Shown here: piece by piece, positions 1-9,054 of the stretch
How the letters are laid out: each line of letters opens with the position of its first letter
Numbering within the stretch: position 1 is the first letter of the stretch
DNA from: Methanomassiliicoccaceae archaeon
Lineage (GTDB): Archaea; Thermoplasmatota; Thermoplasmata; Methanomassiliicoccales; Methanomassiliicoccaceae
Direction: 5' to 3'
NCBI GenBank assembly: GCA_963728405.1
Contig: CAVSJV010000017.1
Span: 96,001 to 160,000, forward strand
Length of the DNA stretch: 64,000 nucleotides
The notes under the pieces: model-generated
The model's database searches: none
What the model saw: only the letters and a program-made list of their open reading frames with translations
What the model was told of the DNA's origin: nothing
Made by a program: the position numbers and the translations under genes

Positions 1-775
1 TCTCCAGGTCGGCAAGGGTGCGGCCGCCCATCAAGCTGGCCGCCGGACCTGAAAGCACGGTGTCCACCGGCCGCTCCTTGGCCACGGCCAGGCTCATAAG
101 TCCGCCATCGCCTTTGAAGACATAGATCGAGGCATCGATGCCCCGGGAGAGGAGGGAGCGCTCCATCGAATCGAGGAAATCATTGATTATGGGGAGCAGC
201 TTGGCGTTCAGGACCGCCGTCACGGTGCGCTCGTAGATGCCTAGCTCTGCGCTCATGTCATGGCCCATGACCACCGGGATATGATGCATGGACTGCACCA
301 GGGCCTTGGCGGTCGATTCCTGGATGGGGTTGGCAACGCTGAACATGCCCGAAATGACCACTGCATCTACTTCCTGGCCGATCTCGTCGATCGCTTTCTT
401 CAGCCCTTCCTCATCCAGCGGTTCGAGGCGTTTGCCCATGGAGTCATAGCCCCCCTTGATGAAGCGGGAGATCTTGCAGTCGAAGGCCCAGTCGGGCTGG
501 GGTGTCCAGCCTATCCCGATCAGACCCACCTCTCCGCCCCGCCCTTGCAGGATGGAGTTGGTGGCGAGGGTCGTGGACAGTCCTACAAGTTTGATGCTCG
601 CGGGATCGATGCCGTTCTTGATCACGGCATTATCGATGGCCCCCAGTATCCCGATAGAAAGATCGTGATAGGTGGTGGGGGCCTTGGCCTTCACCAGCAC
701 CTTCTTGGTGTCAAGGTCGACGATGGCCGCATCAGTAAAGGTTCCTCCAGTATCGACTCCTAGGCCTATGTTCAT
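1..775 (-). CDS. Hydantoinase/oxoprolinase A family protein (3' end runs off the window)
   Basis: Manual translation from ATG at 775: MNIGLGVDTGGTFTDAA...STTLATNS...YERTVTAVLNA...GDGGLM...LSGPAAS, the hallmark hydantoinase_A motifs; absent from the ORF track because no stop falls in the window. Confidence 0.9.
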   Translation of the reverse strand, partial: MNIGLGVDTGGTFTDAAIVDLDTKKVLVKAKAPTTYHDLSIGILGAIDNAVIKNGIDPASIKLVGLSTTLATNSILQGRGGEVGLIGIGWTPQPDWAFDCKISRFIKGGYDSMGKRLEPLDEEGLKKAIDEIGQEVDAVVISGMFSVANPIQESTAKALVQSMHHIPVVMGHDMSAELGIYERTVTAVLNAKLLPIINDFLDSMERSLLSRGIDASIYVFKGDGGLMSLAVAKERPVDTVLSGPAASLMGGRTLADLE

Positions 776-948
776 GGGATAACGTCCTTTCCGCACACCG
801 CTAACAGCTTGCCAAGCATTATGATGTCCCCGTAATGATGTGTCCTAATTCCGACAAACTCGGTGCTATATATGCTCGTCTGGGCTCGCGTGGGGCCTCA
901 TTCTCGGAAAGGATTACCTAGGGGGGCCCGTATAACCTGGACAACCGC

Positions 949-1581
949 ATGATGGAAGCCGAGTTTTCGATCCGAGGTATGCGCTTTTGGATCGTGGACA
1001 TTGCTACCAGATACTCCTGCTCCGTGACCGTCACGGAGTGCATACCCTGGAGGAAGAAAGGAGGCCAGGCCCTCTTCAGGATCAGGGGCATCGAGGGCAA
1101 CACGGCCTCAGCCATCGAAGAGATCCAACTTCGCGATGACATAACCAGCATCGATGCGGTGGAAAGGAACGACGGTCAAGTGGTCGGCTCGGTGGCTATG
1201 AAAGAGTTCTGGCCAGTGTGGGCCATCGTCGATTGTGGTTGCTTCCTGGAATCCGCATGGTCCGAGGGCGACGGCAAGGTCAACTTCCGGATCCTGTCCG
1301 GCAGTGAAGGTTCCCTTCCCAAGCTCATCAAAATGATATCATCTAAGGGCATGGGCATAGAGATCGAAAGGATAGCTCCGACCAGCGACCAGTCCCACAT
1401 CACCCGAAAACAGGAGAAGTTGGTCCGGCTCGCCCTGGAGAGGGGATTTTTCGATTATCCCCGCCGGATCACCTTGGAGCAGCTGGCCACATTAAGTGAT
1501 ATGTCCATCTCCACGGTCTCCGAGACCCTGAAGCGCGGGGAGAAGAACATACTAAAGCAATATTTCCAAAAGGGGAAATAG
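949..1581 (+). CDS. HTH-10 (bacterio-opsin activator-like) transcriptional regulator
   Basis: C-terminal ITRKQEKLVRLALERGFFDYPRRITLEQLA...STVSETLKRGEKNIL matches the HTH_10 pattern. Confidence 0.85.
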   Translation: MMEAEFSIRGMRFWIVDIATRYSCSVTVTECIPWRKKGGQALFRIRGIEGNTASAIEEIQLRDDITSIDAVERNDGQVVGSVAMKEFWPVWAIVDCGCFLESAWSEGDGKVNFRILSGSEGSLPKLIKMISSKGMGIEIERIAPTSDQSHITRKQEKLVRLALERGFFDYPRRITLEQLATLSDMSISTVSETLKRGEKNILKQYFQKGK

Positions 1582-1594
1582 AAAGGGGCCGGGA

Positions 1595-1954
1595 CTACCG
1601 GTGCCTCTTCCGTCCGAGCTGCTCGTTGTAGGCGGTCTCGACCTTCGACTGGTGCTTGATCACGGCCCTCTCCGCATACTCGTTCCCACCGACATGGGAC
1701 ATCTCCTGGATGTAGAACTCGTGGTCACACTTGGCGCACCGGATCTTGGGACAGTTCTTGGTGGCCATGGGGCACCCCCGGCAGGCAATGGTGCGAGCAT
1801 AGGTGAGGGAGAACATGAAACCGCACTGCGGGCAGGTGGTCTTTCTTATAGAGGCCAGGGTGTTCCAGCCGACCCCGCGCTCTTTCATAGCCATGGCGTA
1901 GTTGGGGTCGATGAAATCCTTCTGTTGGGGCTGCTCTTCGTCCTTCTTGCTCAT
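1595..1954 (-). CDS. Small Cys-rich (Zn/FeS-binding) protein, last gene of the methyltransferase cluster
   Basis: CPQC..CRGC..C..CAKC (7 Cys); 4-nt gap to the upstream gene. Confidence 0.75.
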   Translation of the reverse strand: MSKKDEEQPQQKDFIDPNYAMAMKERGVGWNTLASIRKTTCPQCGFMFSLTYARTIACRGCPMATKNCPKIRCAKCDHEFYIQEMSHVGGNEYAERAVIKHQSKVETAYNEQLGRKRHR

Positions 1955-1958
1955 AGGC

Positions 1959-2426
1959 TCACTTCTTGTGGTGGGCGATCCCCTTCTCTACTTCGTAGAA
2001 GTCCTTGATGATCTGGTAGCTGAGGCCGAACTGCTTGAACACCTGATCAATGGCGATCAGGCTCTGCTCTCTGACCTCGGGGTCCCATATCCCATGCACG
2101 ATCACATGGAGGGTTAGCTCGGCATCCTGGAACTTAGCGTCCTGGCCGAAGTCGTGGGTGACGTTGGAACGCTTGCTAAGGTCGATCAGGCTGGCCGACA
2201 TGGCCCCGTTGGGTGCCTTCAGGAACGCTTTCACGTGACCCACCAGGTCCGCACCATGCTCCATGCAGCCCTTGGTCACTTGGACCAGTAGCTCATCCAG
2301 GAGCTTGGCGGCCTGTTCCCTCGAAACGGGCGTGGGAGCATGCACCTGTAGCTGCGTGGCGAACTTTCCCAGCTCGTCGGCCTCCCGGTGCATCGCCAAA
2401 TGGATGTCCTCATCCATCTCGCCCAC
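1959..2426 (-). CDS. CobW-associated hypothetical protein
   Basis: Tightly packed after the GTPase; LVGHVKAF motif resembling the domain that accompanies CobW-like GTPases. Confidence 0.65.
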   Translation of the reverse strand: MGEMDEDIHLAMHREADELGKFATQLQVHAPTPVSREQAAKLLDELLVQVTKGCMEHGADLVGHVKAFLKAPNGAMSASLIDLSKRSNVTHDFGQDAKFQDAELTLHVIVHGIWDPEVREQSLIAIDQVFKQFGLSYQIIKDFYEVEKGIAHHKK

Positions 2427-2429
2427 GGC

Positions 2430-3098
2430 TCATCCGCTCCCGTACTGTTGCCTGAGCAGTTCGCGCTCCACTGCTTCATCGTATCGGGAGGATGTCCGAT
2501 CGGCGATAATATCGGCGACCTCCTTGACCCCTTGTCCCCTGTGGGTGGATATCCTCATGATCTCGCACTTGGGATTGATCTCCTTGACCAGGTCCTCAGA
2601 CCGCTTGATCCGGCCTTCGTCGGAGGCATCGACCTTGTTGATCAGGCAGATGTCCGCTTCCCGGATCTGGGTAATGACCAGACGACGTACCGTTCCCAGA
2701 AGTGTGTCGATCCTGGTCGAGTCGACCAGCGTAAGCACCGGCGCATGCTCGATGGTGACAGGGACCTCGGCCTCGGAATATTCGGCAGCGCGCTTCAGGC
2801 CCCACGGAATCGCCACTCCGGACGGTTCGACGATGACGATGTCGGGCTTGAAGCTCGTCCATAGCAGGGCGAGGGTGTTGGCGAAGTTGCCAGCTATCTC
2901 GCAGCATATGCAGCCGCCCGACAATTCCTTGGCCTTGAGGCCGTAGGACTCGACGATCTTGAAGTCGACATTGATCTCACCGACATCATTGACCACGATG
3001 GCGACCCGCTTTCCCTTCTGCACGAGCTCCTTGGCGACCTCGATGAGCAGGGTGGTCTTGCCGCTTCCCAAAAAACCTGCGATCTGTGCGATCTTCAT
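2430..3098 (-). CDS. CobW/HypB/UreG (G3E) metallochaperone GTPase
   Basis: MKIAQIAGFLGSGKTT, VNDVGE, GCICC, EPSG and NKVD motifs; ATG at 3098. Confidence 0.9.
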   Translation of the reverse strand: MKIAQIAGFLGSGKTTLLIEVAKELVQKGKRVAIVVNDVGEINVDFKIVESYGLKAKELSGGCICCEIAGNFANTLALLWTSFKPDIVIVEPSGVAIPWGLKRAAEYSEAEVPVTIEHAPVLTLVDSTRIDTLLGTVRRLVITQIREADICLINKVDASDEGRIKRSEDLVKEINPKCEIMRISTHRGQGVKEVADIIADRTSSRYDEAVERELLRQQYGSG

Positions 3099-3170
3099 AC
3101 CGTCACCGTCGAAGTGTATGACCAACACAGTATTTGAATCGAATGCTGGTAGGGCCAAAACTGAGTTGCG

Positions 3171-3824
3171 TCAGAATACCGCTTTCAGCTTGGCCACGGC
3201 GTCCTGGGCGTTCATGGCGTGCATGTCGGCACCGATCTCCTCGGCGAACTCCTGTGAGGTGGGAGCGCCCCCGATGATTATGCGAACACTTTTCCTGGCC
3301 CCGTCCTCGACCAGCGCATCGACGGTGGCCTTCATGCTGTCCATGGTCGGGGTCATGAGGGTGCTCATGGCCACCACCTGGGCGCGATGCTTCTTGGCCG
3401 CCTTGACGAACACATCATCCGCGACGTCCTTGCCCAGGTCGGTCACATCGAAGCCTGATGCGGTCAGCATCGTCTTGACGATGTTCTTGCCGATGTCGTG
3501 AACATCCCCTTCAACGACGCCGATGATGACCCTAACGCGCTTGGACGCGGCCTCCTGAGGTATGTGTGGTAGAAGGACGTTAAGCGCAGCATACATCGCG
3601 TCCGCCGAGAGGAGAACCTGAGGCAGGAAGAACTTGTGCGCCGAGTATCTCTCCCCTACGATCATCATGCCTTTGATGAGGCCGTGATCGATAGCGTCAA
3701 TGGGGTCGATGCTCTCGGAGATGGCCTGCTCGGCGTGCTTCACTGACTCATCCTTCTTGCCAGTGATCACGGCATGCTCCAAACCCCTCAGGATGCGGTC
3801 CTTCTTGCTAATAATGGATCCCAT
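3171..3824 (-). CDS. Corrinoid (B12-binding) protein, MtaC/MtbC-like
   Basis: GDVHDIGKNIV (DxHxxG), STLMT and IIGGAP motifs with N-terminal cap domain FLPQVL. Confidence 0.93.
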   Translation of the reverse strand: MGSIISKKDRILRGLEHAVITGKKDESVKHAEQAISESIDPIDAIDHGLIKGMMIVGERYSAHKFFLPQVLLSADAMYAALNVLLPHIPQEAASKRVRVIIGVVEGDVHDIGKNIVKTMLTASGFDVTDLGKDVADDVFVKAAKKHRAQVVAMSTLMTPTMDSMKATVDALVEDGARKSVRIIIGGAPTSQEFAEEIGADMHAMNAQDAVAKLKAVF

Positions 3825-4044
3825 TCCTATGGGTCGGGAAGGGCGGTCCCCGAACCCATTAAGCAGATAATCAGAGGAAATATAATTGTTGGGATTACGG
3901 GCCGCCCCCTATGTTCGTCCCCTCTGAACGTTTTATCTGATGCCGTGCTGGCAAACAGAACAAGAACATAAAAAGGAGGGGGGGGGAAGTTTGTAAGCGA
4001 TTTGTGGCGGGCCGCCGCCTGCCGAAGATGCCTACTGGACCTAT

Positions 4045-4129
4045 CGTACTGCTTGACGGTGTCGACGCACATCTTGATGTTCTCGAGCTTGGTGGCGACG
4101 GACGGCGGGACCTCGCAGCCAGAAGCGAT
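4045..4129. repeat. Exact 85-bp copy of 4280-4364 (3' end of the MT2 gene)
   Basis: cgtactgcttgacgg...agccagaagcgat is identical at both positions. Confidence 0.95.
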
Positions 4130-4204
4130 TGGTTGCCCTCGAACCCTGCGAGCAGGAAGCTGATTCCTCTTAGACGGTGAGACGATCAGGGTAGGATCGG
4201 TTTT

Positions 4205-4245
4205 CATTCATCGATAGAAAAATGTGAAAAGAAAGGGGTTTGGGA
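4205..4245 (-). terminator. T-rich archaeal terminator after the MT2 gene
   Basis: Minus strand pyrimidine/T tract (CCCCTTTCTTTTCACATTTTTC) just downstream of the stop. Confidence 0.5.
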
Positions 4246-4265
4246 AGTTTCCGCGAGAACGGGCC

Positions 4266-5378
4266 TTAAGCGAAGGTCCCGTACTGCTTGACGGTGTCGA
4301 CGCACATCTTGATGTTCTCGAGCTTGGTGGCGACGGACGGCGGGACCTCGCAGCCAGAAGCGATGCAGTACCTGCCGCCGAGACCTTTTGCCTTCAGGGC
4401 GGTGACGACCTCGTTGCACAGGTTCATCGTCGTCTTCTGCATCTTCTCGGAGGACCAGCGTATGTATGCCTGGGGGTCGATGTTGCCGGCCATCAGACAG
4501 TTGTCCGCATATCCCTTGGCGATGACTTCCTTGGCCGATGGCGATCCAGGAATAAGCGGGTACCAGGCCATCGAGTAAATCGTCGATTTAAACTTCTTGA
4601 CCTGAGTGTCCAGGTGGGGCAGGTCAGCGCAGTTGTGGACGCAGTTGGCCATGCCTTCCTTCACAACCAGCTCGTTCAGGCAGCCAGCATACTTCTGCTG
4701 GCCCTCGAACTCGTCGTACTCGACATCCCCGAGGCAAGAGTAGCTGCCCCACAGGTAGTCCCACACCAGACCGGCGGGCTTCTTCTGAGCGAACGCCTTC
4801 ACAATGTCCTTGTCGAACTCGGTGATGGTGGCCAGGGCCTTGTGCACGGCGGCACGGGAGGACTCGTTGTCCAGCATGTCCTTGAACACATACTCCGCGC
4901 CTCTGCTCTGAGTAAGAGCGAGCAGTGGGCCTTCTAGGAACGCGGCGGTGACGACCTCCTTGCCGATGGCGTCGACGAATATGCCGGTGCCTTCGATTAG
5001 GACGTGGCTCCTTGATTTCGGATTCTTGATGTCGGGTACCTGCAGCTTCTCGTAGTCCTCGAGCGTCTTGATCACCGGATCGTCGACGAACGGGGTGTTC
5101 TGCTCGTCCATGCGGACATGAGCACCAAGGTCGCCGGCCATGACCGACAGGTCCATCAGGCCGATGGCGAAGTCATGGTCGAAGTAGCGCTGCCCGGCGA
5201 TGAAAGCGTCGGCGAACTTCTTTGGGTCGGTACACCACTCGTGGTACGATATCCCCGCCCCGTTGTTGAGCAGCTTCCTCTGGACGCCGCAAGCAATCGG
5301 GTAGACGGGCAATCTGTCGACCGGGTTGTTGGTGAGGGCAGCCATATCCCTCTCGATGTGGTTCATCTTGTCTGCCAT
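4266..5378 (-). CDS. Methylcobamide:CoM methyltransferase (MtaA/MtbA/CmuA, URO-D family)
   Basis: DRLPVYP, EGPL, HNC (Zn HxC), GNIDP and ASGCEVP motifs; flanked by corrinoid proteins. Confidence 0.88.
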   Translation of the reverse strand: MADKMNHIERDMAALTNNPVDRLPVYPIACGVQRKLLNNGAGISYHEWCTDPKKFADAFIAGQRYFDHDFAIGLMDLSVMAGDLGAHVRMDEQNTPFVDDPVIKTLEDYEKLQVPDIKNPKSRSHVLIEGTGIFVDAIGKEVVTAAFLEGPLLALTQSRGAEYVFKDMLDNESSRAAVHKALATITEFDKDIVKAFAQKKPAGLVWDYLWGSYSCLGDVEYDEFEGQQKYAGCLNELVVKEGMANCVHNCADLPHLDTQVKKFKSTIYSMAWYPLIPGSPSAKEVIAKGYADNCLMAGNIDPQAYIRWSSEKMQKTTMNLCNEVVTALKAKGLGGRYCIASGCEVPPSVATKLENIKMCVDTVKQYGTFA

Positions 5379-5390
5379 TTTTCTACCTCC

Positions 5391-6032
5391 TTAGATCGCG
5401 GCCTTAACCTTGGCCACGGCGTCCTGGGCGTTCACGGCGTGCATGTCGGCACCGATCTCCTCGGCGAATTCCTGCGAGGTGGGAGCGCCCCCGATGATGA
5501 TCTTGACCTTCATCCGCAGGCCTTCTTCCACCAGCGCATCGACGGTGGCCTTCATGCTGTCCATGGTCGGGGTCATGAGGGTGCTCATGGCCACCACCTG
5601 GGCATTGTTCGATCGGGAGCTAGAGACGAACGAGTCGGCAGGTACGTCCCTGCCGAGGTCGTGAACGTTGAACCCAGCGGCGGTGAACATGGTCTTGACG
5701 ATGTTCTTGCCGATGTCGTGAACGTCACCCTCTACAACTCCGATGACCATCTCAATCCTCTTCGCTGCAGCTTCCCTGGGGATGTGCGGCAGCAAGATGT
5801 CGAGCGCGCCGTACATAGAATCGGCGGCCAGCAGGACCTGGGGCAGGAAGATCTGGTGGGCAGCGTACTTCTCGCCGACGACCATCATTCCCTTGATCAG
5901 ACCCGAATCAATAGCGTCCAGTGGCTTTACGCCGCTTGAGATGATCTCATTGGCGATCCTGGAAGATTCTGCCTTCTTTCCGTTTATTACAGCTTGCTCT
6001 AATCCAGCTAATAGTTGCTCTTTGTTTGCCAT
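5391..6032 (-). CDS. Corrinoid (B12-binding) protein, paralog of 3171-3824
   Basis: GDVHDIGKNIV, STLMT, IIGGAP; probable start MANKEQ at 6032. Confidence 0.93.
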   Translation of the reverse strand: MANKEQLLAGLEQAVINGKKAESSRIANEIISSGVKPLDAIDSGLIKGMMVVGEKYAAHQIFLPQVLLAADSMYGALDILLPHIPREAAAKRIEMVIGVVEGDVHDIGKNIVKTMFTAAGFNVHDLGRDVPADSFVSSSRSNNAQVVAMSTLMTPTMDSMKATVDALVEEGLRMKVKIIIGGAPTSQEFAEEIGADMHAVNAQDAVAKVKAAI

Positions 6033-6121
6033 ATACCCACCTAGCGTAGATACTGTTGCCTCAAGGTCCGAAGACCTGGGCCTAACTTCGTTTCCCCTTA
6101 ACAATCGGGAGACTCAAGTTG

Positions 6122-6154
6122 ATTATTAAAAGTTCTTATGGATGGTCCATCCAT
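6122..6154 (-). promoter_or_regulatory. TATA box with adjacent perfect palindrome ATGGATGG-T-CCATCCAT
   Basis: TTTAATAA on the minus strand at 6123-6130; 8-bp inverted repeat at 6138-6154 just upstream. Confidence 0.5.
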
Positions 6155-6310
6155 CCATTAAGGCCGTTAAGGTCACGAAAAACATCTGGCCTAGGTAACC
6201 TGCCTCAGGGAGGATTTTGAATTGGATGTTCTTAAAGTATCCAGACTAGCTCCGGAATGAGATTCTGATTAGAATCATACAATATGATAAAAGAGAAAAC
6301 GAAAGTGGTT

Positions 6311-7063
6311 TCAGAGGCCTTTCATCATGTTCCTCTGCAGCACTTTGGTGGCCCCATATAGGAAGACCAAGGTGAAGAGGACGAGCAGGAGGAGATCGAC
6401 CTCCCATCCCAGGAAGGGGGGCTGTCCCAAACTTGCATTCAACCCGTCGACCAAGTAGGTCAGCGGCGATCCGTAGGTTATGTACAACCCAGGAACGGTC
6501 AGTTCGCTGAGGGGGATGAAGACCCCACTTATGAAGATCAGCGGGAACCTGACCAGGGCGGCGAGCATCATGATGTTGGCCGGCGCTCTCCCACCGAACG
6601 AGGAGAGCAGTACTCCCAGCCCAGCAAAGCACATGTTGCCCACCACGAACAGCACGATCAACAGGAAGATGTTGGTGACCGTTAGTCCTAACAGCACGAT
6701 TCCTAAGACCCCAATAATAGTACTTATGAGCAGACCGAAGAGCGCGCCGGCCAGGGCATCGCCGATGACGATCGTGGCCACGTTTACCGGCATGGAGAGC
6801 AGGCGCTCGAACGTCCCGGATTGCTTCTCCCAGGGCACGATCAGTGGCCCTACCGATGATGAGGTGAAGAACAGGGACATGGCCAGGAAGCCAGGGAAGT
6901 ACTTCGGTATGTCTAGCTGCCTTCCGACGAAGAAGGCGAAGAACAGGAAGGTGGGCAGGATGAGGCCGAAGATGAACACCGGCGCCTTGCGGTAATAGAT
7001 GCGGATGTCCTTGCGGGCGACCGTCAGGATGCCATTCAGCATGATCTGGTAGTTCATCGGCAC
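6311..7063 (-). CDS. ABC-2 type transporter permease
   Basis: Six TM segments; EKQSGTFERLLSMP, FISGVFIP and PLTY motifs. Confidence 0.9.
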   Translation of the reverse strand: MPMNYQIMLNGILTVARKDIRIYYRKAPVFIFGLILPTFLFFAFFVGRQLDIPKYFPGFLAMSLFFTSSSVGPLIVPWEKQSGTFERLLSMPVNVATIVIGDALAGALFGLLISTIIGVLGIVLLGLTVTNIFLLIVLFVVGNMCFAGLGVLLSSFGGRAPANIMMLAALVRFPLIFISGVFIPLSELTVPGLYITYGSPLTYLVDGLNASLGQPPFLGWEVDLLLLVLFTLVFLYGATKVLQRNMMKGL

Positions 7064-7986
7064 ACCCCCTCGCTCGTAAGCTTGACGAACACATCCTCGA
7101 GGCTAGGTCCAAGGGTGGACATGGAGACGACCTTCAGACCTTTTTCCTGACGAAGTCGCATGATCTCCCCCATCGCCGCATCGGGGTCCTCGGTGGAGAA
7201 CCTCCATTTGTCCCCGGCGGATTCTATCTTCGTCACGTGGGGGATCGAGATCCCAGCGAGGTCTATCCTTTTATCAAATGCCACCTCGACGGTCTGCCCT
7301 TTCTCATAAGTCCTCCTCAGGCGCTCGGGCGCCTCGATGCAGACGATCCTTCCCTTGTTGACGATGCAAACCCTCTGGCATAAGCGGCTTGCTTCTTCGA
7401 TATTGTGCGTGGTGAGCATGATGGTGCTGCCTTTAGCGTTGAGCTTCTTGACCAAGTCTATGATCAGCCGCCGGCTTTGGACGTCCAGCCCCTCGGTGGG
7501 CTCGTCCAGGAAAAGGATGTCGGGCTCGTGGATCATGGCACAGGCGATGGACACCCGCTGTTTCATCCCCTTAGAGAACTTGCGCAGGAGGTCGTCCCCT
7601 CTTTCGGTCAGATTCAAAGCCTTCAGGAGCTCTTCCGAGCGGGACTCCCTTGCCGTCTGGCTTAGGCCATAGAACCGGCCCATGAGGTCAAGGTTCTCCC
7701 GGGCCGACAGGTCAGGGTACACATTTCCGACCTCGGGGATGCACCCCAGCTTCATCTTGGCCTCCAGCGGGTATCGCTTGAGGTCCAGACCCTCAATGAG
7801 TATCGTACCTTTGTCCGGCCGAAGAATGCCGTTCAACATCCTTATGGTGGTGGTCTTTCCCGCCCCGTTCGGGCCCAGCAGGCCGTAGAACTCACCCTTG
7901 TTGACGGTGAACGAGATGCCGTCGACAGCGGTGATCTCTCCGAACCTCTTGACCAGACCCTCGACTTCGATGGAATGTTCGGCTAT
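7054..7986 (-). CDS. ABC transporter ATP-binding protein (DrrA/CcmA-like)
   Basis: Walker A GPNGAGKTT lies upstream of the listed ATG (7839); frame is open to ATA at 7986; FSKGMKQR and LDEPT motifs. Confidence 0.9.
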   Translation of the reverse strand: MAEHSIEVEGLVKRFGEITAVDGISFTVNKGEFYGLLGPNGAGKTTTIRMLNGILRPDKGTILIEGLDLKRYPLEAKMKLGCIPEVGNVYPDLSARENLDLMGRFYGLSQTARESRSEELLKALNLTERGDDLLRKFSKGMKQRVSIACAMIHEPDILFLDEPTEGLDVQSRRLIIDLVKKLNAKGSTIMLTTHNIEEASRLCQRVCIVNKGRIVCIEAPERLRRTYEKGQTVEVAFDKRIDLAGISIPHVTKIESAGDKWRFSTEDPDAAMGEIMRLRQEKGLKVVSMSTLGPSLEDVFVKLTSEGVCR

Positions 7987-8284
7987 AGGATCCCCTCTAT
8001 CTCTCTCAACTTACCGCCCCTCCATGCAGTTAAAGAAATAAAAACCTGACATTCCAGCGAAACGTTGTTTTACCCATTGTATCGCCACCTAGTGCTCCAT
8101 GATGCTGAGACAGTCGGAAATGAGGCAAAGAAGAAGGTAATGAAAAGGGTGTCCGATCCCCGTACTGATATCGTCGGAGCCTCGGACCGCGATGAAAGGG
8201 AAGAAACGCAGGAGCGCCGGTAGATTGACCGAGTAAGGATACCCCAGCAGGATTCGGTAGGGGCCAGCCCTCAGGCCTCCAGGG

Positions 8285-8833
8285 TCAAGCGACGTGGGCC
8301 AAGCCCATGATCTTTCTTACGTTATTGATGTCTAGGACCTCTTCCTCGTTGACCAGGCTGAAACCGGCGAATCCGCCGATGATCTCGACCTTTATGATAA
8401 GCTCGGGATCATTGAGGTCCACGGTCCCCTTTTCGATGGGTTCGGTCAACATCTTTACCAGGTCCAGGCTTGGACCGCCCAGGTAGTGCCGTTTCTCCAG
8501 GTCTAGTCTCCAACGGTCCCCTTCACGGATCCGGGACCCGAAGGTTTGCGCTGCCGAGACCATGATGTCAGGATCGGAGCTGACCCATTCCTCTATCGGG
8601 GTCCAGTGATGAGTATAGTGGAACTGCTCCGGAAAGCGGAAGGCGAAGCCACGCAGCTTCTTCACCGCCTCCTTCCCATCGCCGGCCACTCGAACCAGCA
8701 ACAGGCCGGCCACGCTCGATTCCATCAGGTCCTCCAGGACCAGCCCCGCTTCCTTGATCCGGTTGGCGACCTCTTCCTCGGCCTTCGTCTTCTCGTTATG
8801 GTGGAAGGTCACCAGCATATTGTAGTCCTGCAT
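8285..8833 (-). CDS. Stand-alone THUMP-domain protein
   Basis: WRLDLEKRH...GTVDLNDPELIIKVEIIG is a THUMP-like pattern. Confidence 0.75.
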   Translation of the reverse strand: MQDYNMLVTFHHNEKTKAEEEVANRIKEAGLVLEDLMESSVAGLLLVRVAGDGKEAVKKLRGFAFRFPEQFHYTHHWTPIEEWVSSDPDIMVSAAQTFGSRIREGDRWRLDLEKRHYLGGPSLDLVKMLTEPIEKGTVDLNDPELIIKVEIIGGFAGFSLVNEEEVLDINNVRKIMGLAHVA

Positions 8834-9054
8834 GCTTGTCCCCGGTTTTCTATTGGGACCGGACCGTAGATAATGATATCGCGCTGGTAGACTGGATTAG
8901 AGTTTCTGCCTTTCCCCTACCTCATTGGAAGTGCGGTGTTTGACCAGGGACGCGGATAGCATTTGTGATCTTCAGGCATAGCTGCTCAACCCTCCAAACA
9001 TAGACGATGCTAATATTCTGGCAACCCTTTTCCAGTCGAAGGATGAGGAGCCCA

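Noticed and set aside
3826-4040. Cobalamin riboswitch upstream of the corrinoid gene
   Set aside because: The B12-box and other conserved core motifs were not recognisable on the coding strand
3827-4207. 126-aa ORF containing an MT2 C-terminal peptide
   Set aside because: The similarity comes only from the 85-bp repeat; the rest reads through terminator-like non-coding sequence
4045-4364. Diversity-generating retroelement TR/VR pair
   Set aside because: The copies are identical with no adenine-specific mismatches, and no reverse transcriptase is in the window
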